Positions 1 through 12,815 of a stretch of DNA of 64,000 nucleotides are shown here, in pieces (position 1 is the stretch's first letter; each line of letters opens with the position of its first letter). The stretch is from assembly GCF_009914755.1 (NCBI RefSeq), contig NC_060929.1. One strand, given 5' to 3'. Source of the stretch: the human T2T-CHM13v2.0 reference genome, Homo sapiens. The notes beneath the pieces were generated by a model that saw only the letters and a program-made list of their open reading frames with translations, searched no databases and was not told the origin of the DNA. The position numbers were made by a program, and so were the translations under genes.

Positions 1-361
1 CAAAAATAAAAAATAAGTTTGTTTCTTTCCTCTTTATCTGAGAAAAGTTTTCTTATACATTTTACTTCATAAATCCTGGTAGCAAATGTAAGTGAAAACA
101 TTTAACATTTCTGCTAAATACATGTTTACAGAAAAATTAAAAAGAACACTATCGTTTACAAAATAAATATCCCTGAGGGGGGAAAAATGTTTTGATCGCC
201 TGGGCCCCTAGGTGCTTGGAAGTCTTTTCTTCTAAACCTAATTCCCAAATGTGTAAAGAGTATTCTAAAGAACTAACAGATATGAAACTCTGTGCATAGT
301 TAATCTATACACTGCAAAGAGCATCCTACAAGCAATACATTATTTGTGCATTGTATTTATA

Positions 362-386
362 TGTGTGTGTGTGTGTGTGTGTGTGT
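362..386. repeat. (TG)n microsatellite
   Basis: Pure TG run read directly. Confidence 0.95.
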
Positions 387-1000
387 TTCCATGCTATAAA
401 CACCCATAAGTTAACCTTAGGGCAGAAGAGGCTACTCCATCCATTTAGAAGTGCTTTAAAAACTCAAAAAAATTTAAATATATGATCCTACTCATTTCTT
501 TATGTGAGTAAATGAGAAATGATGGTAATGATTGAAATATAGAATCTTTCTTTGAAAAATTGTTTTGAACCATTTCCCAAAAAAATGGCCACAATGTTTT
601 TATTGCACCTTTAATATATGATGATTAAAAAAACAAAAAAGCTTTGTTTCTCATTTAGCACACCCAAGCTCTTCTGCTTCTGTATGAACTATGCTGAATA
701 ATCTTGCATTATGTCATATTTTTCTATATGGTTTTCTCTTTATCGGTTGCTATTTTTATCTACCTCGCTTAACTCTCTGACCTCAATTTTTGTCTTTCCT
801 CATTTCACTTCAAACACATATGCTTCCAGGATCCTACTTCATATGCTCCCATTATAAGAACAGGATTCTACCAAATTACTATCTGCAAGCATAACACCTC
901 CAACTATTTTACGTCTTTGTCAATTATCATGTTCTTAATGAGGTGCGGTGAAAAATGTATTCAAACCCCTCCTCTACCACCAGAGTAATTATTTGTAATT

Positions 1001-2910
1001 CTTTTTATTGTGGTAAAAATATATATAAAGGATAAATTTTCTCATTTTAGACATTTTAAGGTGTATAATTCAAGCACATTAATTACTTTCGCAATATTTT
1101 GCAACCATTACCACTCTTTCCAAAACTTTTTCATCAGTGCAAACAGAAATTCTATAACCACAAAGCAATAAATCTGCATTCCCTTCTTTTTTTAACCCCC
1201 CTAATCTCTAATATACTTCCTAGGTTAGATTAGTTTGGATTAGATCGACATCTAAACGAATCTATGAATTTGCCTATTTTACACATTTCATATAAATGGA
1301 ATCATAGAATATTTGTCCTTTATGTCAAATGGATATGAGATATGCATTTCCCTAATAGTTAATGAAACAGATCTTTACAATTTCTTGTTGGCTGTTTGTA
1401 TACCTTCTTTAGAGAAACACTTATTCAAGTACTTGGACCATTTTTAAAATTAGGGTTTTTATTTTTGTTGTTGATGTTTGTTAAGTTGTAGGAGTACTTT
1501 TATGATCTGGATATCAAACTCTTATCAGATATATAATTTGCAAATATTTTCCCATTCTATGGGTTATCTCTCACTTTCTTAATAATGTCCTTTTATGGTG
1601 TATTAGTCACAATTCTCAAGAGAAACAGGGAGATTTACTTTAAAGAATTGACTCATGCAATTATGGCTACTGGCAGGTCCAAATTACGCCTGGGAGGCCA
1701 GCAGGCTGGAAACGCAGAAAAGAGATGCAGTTTTGGTCCAGGTGTAATCTGCTGGTAAAATTCTCTTTTTCTCTGGAGAGGTAGGCCCTTTTTTCTATTA
1801 AGACTTTTAACTGATTACATTAGGCCCACCCAAATTATGGAGAGTAATCTGCTTTACTCAAAGTCTACTGATTTAAATGTTATTGTAATCTAAACAATTT
1901 TCACAAAAACATCTAGAAAAATGTTTGTCCAAATATCTTGGTACTGTGGCCTAGTCAAGTTGACACACAAAGTTAATTTATCAGAGATGCACAAATTTTT
2001 GTGTGTGTTTTGTATTTGTTTCTTAATGTTGATTAGGGCCAATGTATCTATTGTTTCTTTTGTCATTCATGCTTTTGGTGTCATATCTAAAAATCAGTTG
2101 TGAAATGCAAGGTCATAAATATTTACCTCATTTATTGTCTTTTAAGGATTTTATAGTTGTAGCTTTTATATTTAGGTTGTTGTTCCATTTTGAGTTAATT
2201 TTTATATGTGGTATGAGATGGGGTTCACTTTATTTCTGTTGCCTGTGGAAATTCAGTTTACAGTTTACTCAGCCTTATTTATTAAAGAGATTCTCTTTTC
2301 TTATGGAATATATGTAGAACCTTTGTTAAAAATCATTTGAGCATAGATATATGAGTTTATTTCTCTACCTTTAATTCTATTACTTTGGTCTGTATGTCTA
2401 CATATGGCCATCTCCAGTGTTTTGATTAGTGCAGCTCTTGCTTTATTTCTACATAAAAACAGAACCACATTTTTGTATTACTGTTGATGTGTAATAAATT
2501 TTGAAATTTGGAAGAGTGAGCTCTACAACTTTGCTCTTCTATTTCAAGATTGCTTTGAGTATTTGGAACACCTCAAAATTCCCATGAATTTGTGTCTTGT
2601 TCTCCCATTTTTGCCAAAACAGCTGTTGGAATTTGGATAGAGATTGAATTGCATCAGTAGATTTTAATAATGTTAACATGTTAAATATATTGTCTTTTAT
2701 CCATGAATATAGTATGCCTTTGCATTGTTTTAGATCTTTAATTTATTTCAGCAATGTTTTGTAGTTGTCAGAGTCTCTAATATCCTTGGTTAAATTTATT
2801 CCTATTTTATTATTCTATAGGAAGTTATAAATGAAATTACTCTCTTAATTTCTTTTTCTTCTTGATTTTTTATTGCCAGTGTATAGACACACAGTTCATT
2901 TTTGAACAAT
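1001..2910 (-). mobile_element. Old L1M (L1MB-like) 3' UTR/ORF2 remnant, interrupted by an MLT2 LTR
   Basis: Starts 'ctttttattgtggtaaaa' like an antisense L1MB 3' end; antisense ORF2 motifs such as 'ttatcagatatataatttgcaaatattttccc' and 'ccttggttaaatttattcct'. Confidence 0.8.
1599..1985 (-). mobile_element. MLT2 (ERVL) solo LTR nested in L1M
   Basis: 'tgtattagtc...ctagtcaagttgacacacaaagttaatttatcaga' matches reverse-complemented MLT2 termini; L1 resumes at 'gatgcacaaa'. Confidence 0.85.
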
Positions 2911-3295
2911 AATCATTTTAATTGTTGAAAATATCCAAGACAAATGAAAGAAAAGTACACTTTAGAAAACTCTATATTCCCTATTGCTGAGAAAATTCTG
3001 AAGAATCTGCATATTTATTTGACAGCTGTACTTCAGACAGCCTTTCTACATTGAAGGATATTGAATTTAGTAGTCTCTAAATTCTGAAATGATTTTCCCA
3101 AATGACAATTTATTACATATTTTATCTCTCCTTTTGTCTGCTTTCTTTACTGTCTCTAAATTTAAAACTCCTTATGTCTTGAAAGGCTTGAAAAAGTTAT
3201 ATCAGACCAGATATAGCTAATTTTATAAGCAAGTAAGATCTGCACCATTTTATTTTTGAAATTCTATATAATTTGAGGACTAAATGTGCTCTGAA

Positions 3296-3336
<41 letters not shown>
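3296..3336. repeat. Compound (TG)n(GA)n microsatellite
   Basis: Read directly. Confidence 0.95.
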
Positions 3337-3900
3337 AAGACATTAAAAAAGAGATTAAACTTGAGATTTAGATTCAGAGTATGAAAATAAGGGAGAAGAA
3401 TACAAAGCTTTAAAATAATTATAGGGACAGGAAATTTGTGTGATAAATTAATTGAAGTGAAATGAGGATGGTTTATTTCCAAAATACTAGAGTGTGTTCA
3501 AATATGGAAACCCGCCTGTTCCTGTTGTTAAAATATGTTATAATTAGGCCGAAACTGAATACCATCTTGAAAACACACAGAATATTGACATGGTCATAAA
3601 TATGAAACATTTTCATGGATGATTATTAGAAGTAAGAAAATATAAGCTTTAATGATCCCCAGATTAAGGTTTCTAGAAAATTGAACCTCTAAAAATTCAC
3701 TAGTATTATATGTGAATGTGTAGGGAATAATATATGTTATTTTTAGATCTTCCCACTTTTCTTCAATATTTAATCAGTTTTATGGTCTCTGTATTAAATT
3801 TTTCTTCTTTGAAAGTTTGAACTCTGTGCTGTTTGTTTTTCCTGCACCTAACATAATGTCCTCTGTATAATACATACTTAGCATTTATTGGTTGAATTAA

Positions 3901-4337
3901 TATATCATACATTTCCTGCTTCTCCACCAGGTCTGCTCTCTGCTCTTCCCACCATACTCTTTATCCTAGGAGGCTGATCTATCTATCTGGTTTACATCAC
4001 TTAAGAAATTTATACATTTGAGCTTCTGAATTCTCATAGAGTTGGACCTACAGGCAGAAGATTAAAGGATAAGGTCATCATATTTACTCCTGTCTTTGCA
4101 AGATCACCAGGCTGGCACTGTCTGTCATCTGAAGGTCATAGTCATCTCAAGAAAGCCCCCCCCTTTTTTTTTAACAGATTTTTCTCTTTCAGGATTCAAT
4201 TACTATCATCTTGCTTTGTAATCTATCTTATTATTGCTACATTATGCCACACATTTTTACATGGGTCCTTGGTAAACCATTGTAATATTACTCATATTTG
4301 AATGTGCATTTCATTTATATTGGGGCAGTGAGGAATA
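3901..4337. mobile_element. LTR33-like ERVL LTR, degraded
   Basis: 'ttcctgcttctccaccaggtctgctctctgctcttcccaccatactct...ctaggaggctgatct' resembles recalled LTR33 consensus. Confidence 0.55.
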
Positions 4338-5403
4338 ATCTAATGGCCATTTATACAGCAGAATAGTTTATGAAGATTAATATTCTACAAATAAACAGCA
4401 CACAAATGCTAGTTAAATGCTGTTTTATGGTTAACATAACTTCTCCAGTTGAATTCCTCTTTTTTCCTGTTATGTGATGTATACATAGAACAAAAAGACA
4501 GTAGAGAGCTTATGATATTTCTTTTGTCCTCTTAGCCATTAAAGAAGGTATCAAAAAATAAAATTAAATAAACACAAAAGTTTATACTTTTCTCATCACG
4601 ATCAATAAACGTTTTGAAACTGACAAAGTTAAAAGAGAAGAAACTTCTTTACAAGTCACTGCATATAAAATATAACTTCCTTTAGGAAATTATCTTTTTA
4701 AAATATACTCTTAAGTAGTCTTCAAGTGGTTGTGACCTGCAATCTGTAATGCTGTCATTATAGTTTAGCAATCTTAGGTCTGGTATCATAAAATGTGCCT
4801 CTACATCCTGTGATACAGTAAGTAAAAATGAACATGAAGAGTTGCTCCCTACATAGAATATATTTGAACAATAAGTACATAGATTATGTAATAGCAATAA
4901 TTTTAAGATTGAAGATATTAGTGAGATAATGTTTATTTTTTGCTGTTTCTTCCTGTCTTACTTTACTTTGTTGACAGTGATATTAAGAGGTTATTTTCTA
5001 CATAATTGATATTATTCATTTATTTTCTTCTCATTCTTCATAGGCATTAAATGGTAGCTGCATATGGCAGAAATAAACTCTAGTCCTTCCAGAGTTATGG
5101 GCAGGAGGGAAATGGGGGTAATATTTATTAGGAGACTTGATTAAAAAAGAGAATGATAGTCAGTGATTGAAATTTCACCTGAACAATTTCTTTCGCTATT
5201 CTTTTCTTCCCAACTTCTAGAGGAAAGGATCATATTTAGGATTACCTGATAATTCAGTTTTCTAGGCAGAATCCATGTTTATGTTTTTGATTTTATGTAA
5301 CTATAGATTGTAACAATTTTACTCTCAGAAGTGTTCCAATTTGTATAAAAATTATATGTTCACCTTACTTATAAAATAATATTTCTTATATATCAAATCT
5401 AAG

Positions 5404-5534
5404 TTAGGATGGCCAGATTTTAAAAAGTTGCATACTCTATGCAATATTTGGCACATATATGCGTTAGAAAATGCATATCTAAAATTCAAAGTTAAACAGA
5501 AACTGTATTTCTGTATTTTAACTGGCAACTTTAC
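5404..5534. mobile_element. MER53-like palindromic MITE, internally deleted
   Basis: TIR-like ends 'taggatggccagattt' / 'ttttaactggcaacttta' and centre 'atgcaatatttggcacata'. Confidence 0.6.
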
Positions 5535-5736
5535 TTAGAGGAAACGGAAAATCTGAGGTAAGGTAATAATAGCATTCCAGCCCTTGCACTACACTTCAGT
5601 GAATAAGACTCCAAAGCCAAACTTGAATTTAAAAGGCATTCAAAAGTTTTCCTCAAATATTTTTAATATTTTAAAGCAGTAAATTAATACATACATGGTA
5701 AAATAAATACTTTGACAAAAAATAAATGAAATGTTA

Positions 5737-6052
5737 TTATTTATTTATTATTATTATTTTTTGAGATGGAATCTTGCTCTGTCGCCCAGGCTGGAGTGCA
5801 GTGGCAGGATCTTGGCTCACTGCAACCTCCACCCACCCCCACCCAGGTTCAAGCAATTCTCTTGCCTCAGCCTCCGGAGTATCTGGGATTACAGGCGTGT
5901 GCCATCACGCCCAGCTAATTTTTGTATTTTTAGTAGAGATGGGGTTTTGCCATGTGGGCCAGGCTGGTCTTGAACTCCTGACCTCAGGTGATCCTCCTGC
6001 CTGAGCCTCCCAAAGTGCTAGGATTACAGGCATGAGCCACCACGACTGGCCC
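5737..6052 (-). mobile_element. AluS
   Basis: Full dimeric Alu, antisense; TSD aaatgaaatgtta / aaatgcaatgtta. Confidence 0.97.
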
Positions 6053-6898
6053 AAATGCAATGTTAATTTTATTCTATCCCCAGGTTGGCAATTTCCCCAG
6101 AGGCAAACACAATGAACAACTTCTTGCATGCCTATTGCATGTCTTTTATACATACTTTATTTTGCATATACATATAGATGCATGTATTAAATATAATAAG
6201 CATAGGTAAATGGAGAGGAGAGAGAGATACACAGATAGGTGTCATATCTGTGTATGTGTTTATTCCATCTAAAATTTATTATCTATCTAAAGTTTATTAT
6301 CATATAACTATTACTATACCATAGAGGATCACTTATATCTACAGTTTGGAAATTGACACTGCATATAACATTTATCCCTTTTTTTCCATAGATTTAGCAT
6401 AATTTATTTAGCTAGTCCTTCTTCGAAACCATTTATGTTTTTTCCACAATTTTATCAGCATAAATTTCCTTTAAGTCAAAGTTTATATCCACCATTATGT
6501 TCATCATGGAATTTTTCATGAGGATAATTATCAGATTAGGCTATGTACACTTTAACTGTAAATAATCATATCAATTTACAGTTTCACAAAAAGATTATGG
6601 CTGCCTGTTGCTCCTCACTTGTTTATCACACTACGTATAATAAAACATTTTAGCCTTTGTCAAGTTTTGGGGTCAACATATTTTAACTGGTATTCATATT
6701 AATATATGAGTAGGCTTATGCATGTTAAAAATTAAAAGTTGCTTTTCTAGGTGAAAAATGTTTTTTCACATATCTTTTTATTTTTCTGTCATGATTTACT
6801 GTTTACAAAATTCTTTATACATATTAATAAAATAATTATTACATCGCAACTGTGTCTTCCTAATGTGTTACTCATATTCTGATTATGATCGTAGATTT

Positions 6899-7512
6899 CT
6901 TTTAAAACTTATTTCAAGTTCAGGGGTACAAGTGCAGGTTTGTAATATAGGTAAACTCGTGTCACGAGGGTTGTACAGATTATTTCACAATCCAGGTATT
7001 ATGCCTAAATCCCAATAGTTATTTTTTCCACTTTTATTTCTCCTCCCACCCTCCAGACTCAAGTAGGCCCCAGTGTCTATTGTTCCCCTCTCTGTGTCCG
7101 TGTGTTCTCATCATTTAGTTCTTACTTATAAGTGAGAGCATGTGATGTTTGGTTTTCTATTCCTGTATTAGTTTACTTAGGATAATGGCCTCCAGCTCCA
7201 TCAACGTTCTTGCAATGAACATGATCTCATTTTTATGGCTGCACAGTATTCCATGGTGTATATATACCATGTTTTCTTTATCCAATCTATCATTGGTGGA
7301 CATTTAAGTTGACTTCATATCTCTGCTATTGTGAATAGTGCTGGAATAAACATACATGTGCATGTGTCTTTATGATGAAACACTTTATATTCCTTTGGGT
7401 ACATACCCAGTAATGCGACTGCTGAGTTGAATGGTAGTTCTGTTTTTAGCTCTTTGAGGAATTGGCACACTGTTTTCCACAATGGTTGAACTAATTTATA
7501 TTCCCATCAACA
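6899..7512 (-). mobile_element. Older L1PA (about L1PA13-16) 5'-truncated 3' end
   Basis: 'aagttcaggggtacaagtgcaggtttgt...' 3' UTR and ORF2 end; degraded TSD cgtagattt / catggattt. Confidence 0.9.
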
Positions 7513-8134
7513 CCATGGATTTTTCATAATAAAAAGTTTAATGTATTCATAATTTAATTCTTTCCTTTTTTAATTCCTATGCTACTTAATAAATCCTAAC
7601 ATAATTAAATTATTCAAATATTTTCTTATTTTCTTCTGGCAAACTTATACATATATTAATGTTTTCACTTATTTATATTTCTACTTTTATCTGTAATGTA
7701 TTCTGATATTGGAAAACAAGAATTCAGCTTTTTCTCCACCCAAGCCTCTATGTTTTTTTCCAAGTATCCGAACACTTTGTTGAATAAATCAGCTTTTCTC
7801 TATTGATTTTAAGTTCATGTTTTATTGTATCACTAAATTCATGAGTATTTAAGACTATTTTGGATTTTTTCCTGCTATTTTACCTATTATTTTATGATTC
7901 AGAACTAAATTAAATTGCTCTGATTGTGTTTTACAATATATTTTAATATTCATTGATTTTTTGTCAAAATTTCTTTGATTTTGTGTGCATATTTTTCCAT
8001 CTAAATGCTATATTCTTGTTAATGTTTTAAAAAAGAAATAACTTATTTTACTGGACTGGAAGTCTTAACTTTATAGGTCAATTTAAAGTAAAATAATATC
8101 TTTATATTTACCTTTTAGTTCAGAATCAGTTGGC

Positions 8135-8448
8135 TTTTTTCTTTTTTCTTTCTTTCTTTTTTTTTTTTGATAGGATCTTGCTCTGTTGCCTAGACTAAAG
8201 TGCAGCTGCGTGATCTCAGTTCACCCCAGCCTCAGTCTCCCAGGTTCAAGCAATTCTTGTGCCTCAGACTCCCAAGTAGCTGGGAGTACAGATGTGCGCC
8301 ACCAAGTCCAGCTAATTTTTGTATTTTTAGTAGAGACGAAGTTTCGCCATGTTGACCAGGCTAGTCTCCAACTCCTGACCTCAAGTGATCCACCGACCTG
8401 GGCTTCTCTAAGTGCTGGGATTACAGGAATGAGCCACAGCATCTGGCC
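8135..8448 (-). mobile_element. AluS
   Basis: Full Alu, antisense; TSD agaatcagttggctttt / agaaccagttagctttt. Confidence 0.97.
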
Positions 8449-8639
8449 AGAACCAGTTAGCTTTTGCTTATTTAAAAAGATATATGTATCCAAAAGTTAG
8501 TAGCTTCGTGCACCATTCAAATATATGGGTTGGCAATGAGAGCTGGGTCCTGCTGGGTGTTGATGTAGATCTTCCCTAGGGTCACCAGATGTTTACAGTC
8601 AGCTAACAAGATGTCCACAAGCCAGCTGGCCTAAGATGG

Positions 8640-8995
8640 TGTGTTGGTTACATTCATGTGTTAACTTGACTAAACTATGGTGCTCAGTAATTTGGGCAAA
8701 CAGGAATCTAGTTGTTGCTATAAAGGTATTAGAAGTGATGAACATTTACAATAAATCAGTTCATATCCAGTAAAATTTACTTAATAATGTCAGTGGCTTC
8801 TTCCAATTTGTCGAAGGCTTAAGTAGAAAAAGGTGGACTTCCCAAAAGAAGAGGGACTTGTACCAGCAAACAACCTTTGGACTTGAACTGCAACACTGAC
8901 CCTTCCCTGAGTCTCCAGCTTGCCAGCCTACCCTTCAGATGCAGGACTTCTCAGCCTAAGTAATCACAAGAGCCTATTCCTTAAAACCTCTCATT
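8640..8995 (+). mobile_element. MLT2 (ERVL) LTR, partial
   Basis: 'tgtgttggttacattcatgtgttaacttgact' matches MLT2 5' terminus; 'tttggacttgaactgcaac...gagtctccagcttgccagcctaccct' internal motif. Confidence 0.8.
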
Positions 8996-11144
8996 TTATT
9001 CTCTTATTTTATTCATTTTATAGCTTTCTTTTAAACATTATGAATAGTAACTATTGCAAGACTTCTGCCAAAAGGGATGAATAAATCAATAAGCTGGCAC
9101 TTTTGTACATGTCTGCAGTTGATTTCCATTTCAATTTATGTCGGTTGCATATTTGCACCACATTTCTATATATATTGCAATTTTTCCAAGTATCTGTATA
9201 AATACTTTACAAAGGCATTTATCTTTTACATTTACATGCAGTCACTACTTATCCATCATTCCTCATCTGGTGACATATTACTGCAGTTGTAGTGCTATTT
9301 GCAAGGCGTAGTTTTTCTGCCAAATAAGTACATTAACACAGCCTTTTTGTACACACAACATGCCTGCATATTTCCTTGTTGGAATCTCCCTTCTTTGCCA
9401 GCCTGTAGAGCCAGTGTTGCTGTTCCAAGTAAGGAGCTATTGTTTTGGCCATCTTTACCTTTAATAAACTATTTTGCTGTTTAAAATGCATAAGCTCTGA
9501 GAGCCATGCATTTTTTCTCAGCATCCTTTCTCGTCCCAGTTCAATTTTCTGTGTACTTTGAAGGCATCTTTCATAAACTGAAATTGAAATTATGGATGTT
9601 TTCTATATTCCTCCTTTCATTGAAAATGGAATTTTCTAATTTTCAGCTAACTTTAAAGTACAAAGAGTTGGAGAAATAACTAGTCTAACATCTTTAGATG
9701 AGCAGAGAATGCTAAAGTGTCTTTAAGGTCTTAACATTTGAAATGCTTAACAGAAAGAGAAAATATTATGGCACCTAAATCATACTGATAATTGTTTTAT
9801 GATCATTGTTTAAGTTTTAATAATCTATACCATCCACAGATAAGAATATCAACGTGACTGATGATTAAGACAGTGATAAACAGTGACAATCATATTAAGG
9901 CAGACTCCCACATTAATATCTCAGTCAAAAATTTATACAAATAAAGTTTAAAACTTGGATAAATTTCAACAAAAAAACAGAATATAAGATTTGTGGTTAA
10001 CATTACCAATTTCATTATATATAATGGATACTTAGCACCTTTACTTGGTATGTTTCTGCCATTCATGAAGTTTTGAAATTTAAGAACTTTAAGCTAAACA
10101 ATTTAAATAGAGTCTGTTTACTTTTCTAAATTTGCTTTGACAAAAACCTATAGTTTCAATAATTTTTCCATTTCCAATATAGTCGATTATGTACTTCCTT
10201 CTTTGTTTATATGTGCATAACATAGTTTGATATCAAATTAAGTTTCTTACAAAAATGTTGGTAGGGATTTCTTTGTGCTCTTTAAGATATGTAATTTTGT
10301 CTTATGGAAAATAGCCATTTATTTTGAATACGTGGCTTGGAAAAAATAAGTAGTCTGCACTGTGAAAGCAATGGTAAAATTGTAGGTAGGCAATAAGAAA
10401 ACATGACACATAAGAAAGATGTTTAGTTAGGAAACTTGACTGGAAAACAGAGGAAGCAAATCCATAGATAATATATAACTGGTAAGATTCTAATAATTAT
10501 TTGCTTTTAATATAGAGTGATTTCCTCTAATTTAACTATTAACGATCACACTCAGAATTTTTCTAAGGCAGGTAACTCTTTGCCGAATTGAAAACATCTG
10601 AACTAATTGTCTGAGTTCTATTTTCAGGGTTGTCAAATAATTTTCTTCTTTTCAAAATCCAATGTTACGCCTTATTAATTTTGCATGAATTCGATGTGTC
10701 AAGAAAATGGATTAATAGTACAGGAGTTACTCTGTCAGTATTTAAGACTGAGTAAAATAATAGACTGGCCAGGAAAATAATATTTTTTAAAAATTTTGTA
10801 TCTCCAGTTACAAAGCACATATTTATTATTTTACTTTTTTATTATCAGAAAGTAGCGATTGGTATAAATGCAGATCTAACTGACACCTTTGTATATTGAA
10901 GTTTTAAAAAGTAATTTATTCTTATTTCTTTAGAAGGTAACTAGAAAAGAAATAGAAATAGAAGAGACAGTCAATAGATGTATGCTAAATTATAAGTACT
11001 CTAAAGCTTTTATCTATTGGTGATAATGTTACCCAGTCTCCAAGTGGTTAAAGCACAATGAACACTAAGGGAAGAGTATTGGCATGAGAATAATACCAGC
11101 CATGAGAACGGTAGGGAATTTTGCTCATATGAAGGAGCACATGA

Positions 11145-11460
<316 letters not shown>

Positions 11461-12589
11461 CTAGACCACTGTCATTATTACTCTCTAAGATTAACTTTAA
11501 TAGTCAATTACAAATGGTTGAAACTCTAGAGAGAAAATATGTTTCCATTAATAGTGCAATTATATTTTGAAAGTAAATATGGTGTTAGGAAGATCACAAC
11601 AAGGATTCAAAAACAGAAGCTATTCATGTGGTCTTTTATCAATTGCTGTGGCATTACCTGGTATCTTCTCTAGGACCACTCAGCTTGCATTATAGATAAT
11701 TCAATAAAATGAATACAGTAAGTTTGTTTAATAAGCTGAAAAGAAAGAAGCTAATTATTGTTGTTATTTTGCAACGACTATTTTTACAATATTTCTGTCA
11801 GATCTTATCTTGCCACTCTTGATTGCAATCCTAGAAATATCCTTCAGTGTCTCTTGTCACTTTCAATTCTTCACAATGTCATTTTTCAGACAATAACAGA
11901 ATCTGATCCTGTTAATGTTAAAGCATTGATTTACTTTCCAATTATATGTCTTTGCTCTCCAGCTCAGTCCTAATCTGATGAAAATCTTTAGGGAGGAAGA
12001 AGAATATAGCATGTTTAATTTCTTCTCTTTTTCAGCCATTGCTTGACATATTCACTACCCTTTGTTCTTTTCTTTCACATCAAGGTTCAGAGAATCTAAA
12101 ACCTTTCTCATTTTCTTGAAGAATCCTAAGATTTATTGAGATGGGCGACTTTCTTATCTATCACTTTAAATTTCAGCTTCCATAAAGTTTTGATCATGTT
12201 GTTTTATCAACTTGACTCCTATTCTTTATAACCACGCTTTACTTTCAATAGTACAACTGTCACCTTTCTTTCTAATTTAAAGCACCACAAACCTAAAGTT
12301 GTTGCATATAACAGATTTTAGGGAAAAAATATTTCACAGCAATGAACTGGGACTAATGAGTTCGTTACCTGTGCCTGCTTAGGCTTATTTCAATGAAAGT
12401 AATCCAAAGCCAGTTCTCGAAATTACGCAGATTGTGCCTCTTCATGAAAAATACGAAACTCCCCAATATAATACACCTCAATTTCTACTTTATTGAACAA
12501 TTTTTCGCATTGTTTTCAAGGTAGGCAAGGAAGCATTAAGAATATCTCCTTTAGGACGACGGGCACACTTTAATTTCTATAAGCATGGA

Positions 12590-12815
12590 GATAGCATGGT
12601 GTAGTGGGTAAGAGGACAGTCTCAGGAGATAGAAGTCTCTCCCTCCGACCAGCTATGTGACTCAGGAATGTTACTGCCTCTCCCTTGGTTTCATACCTCT
12701 AGTTGAAAGTGGTGATAATGCAGTACCTATCTCATAGTGCTGCTGGGAGATTTCAATGACTTAGTTGTAAAGTGCTTAGAGCAGGGTCTGGCTCAGAGTA
12801 AGCCTTACATATGAA
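12590..12815 (+). mobile_element. MIR
   Basis: 'gcatggtgtagtgggtaagag' head, core 'ataatgcagtacctatctcatagtgctgctgggag', tail 'gtaaagtgcttagagcagggtctggctcagagtaagc'. Confidence 0.85.

Noticed and set aside
5404-5534. MER53 copies as miR-1302-family precursors (also 24072-24245)
   Set aside because: The segment matching the mature miRNA is diverged and the hairpin arms are degraded or deleted.
5731-8500. Alu-derived ORFs (also 27723-28655, 50023-50359, 58126-58584)
   Set aside because: Standard Alu translation artefacts.
9040-9540. Possible processed pseudogene or zinc-finger remnant
   Set aside because: The part I translated by hand gave early stops and no C2H2 or other motif; no poly(A) or TSD.
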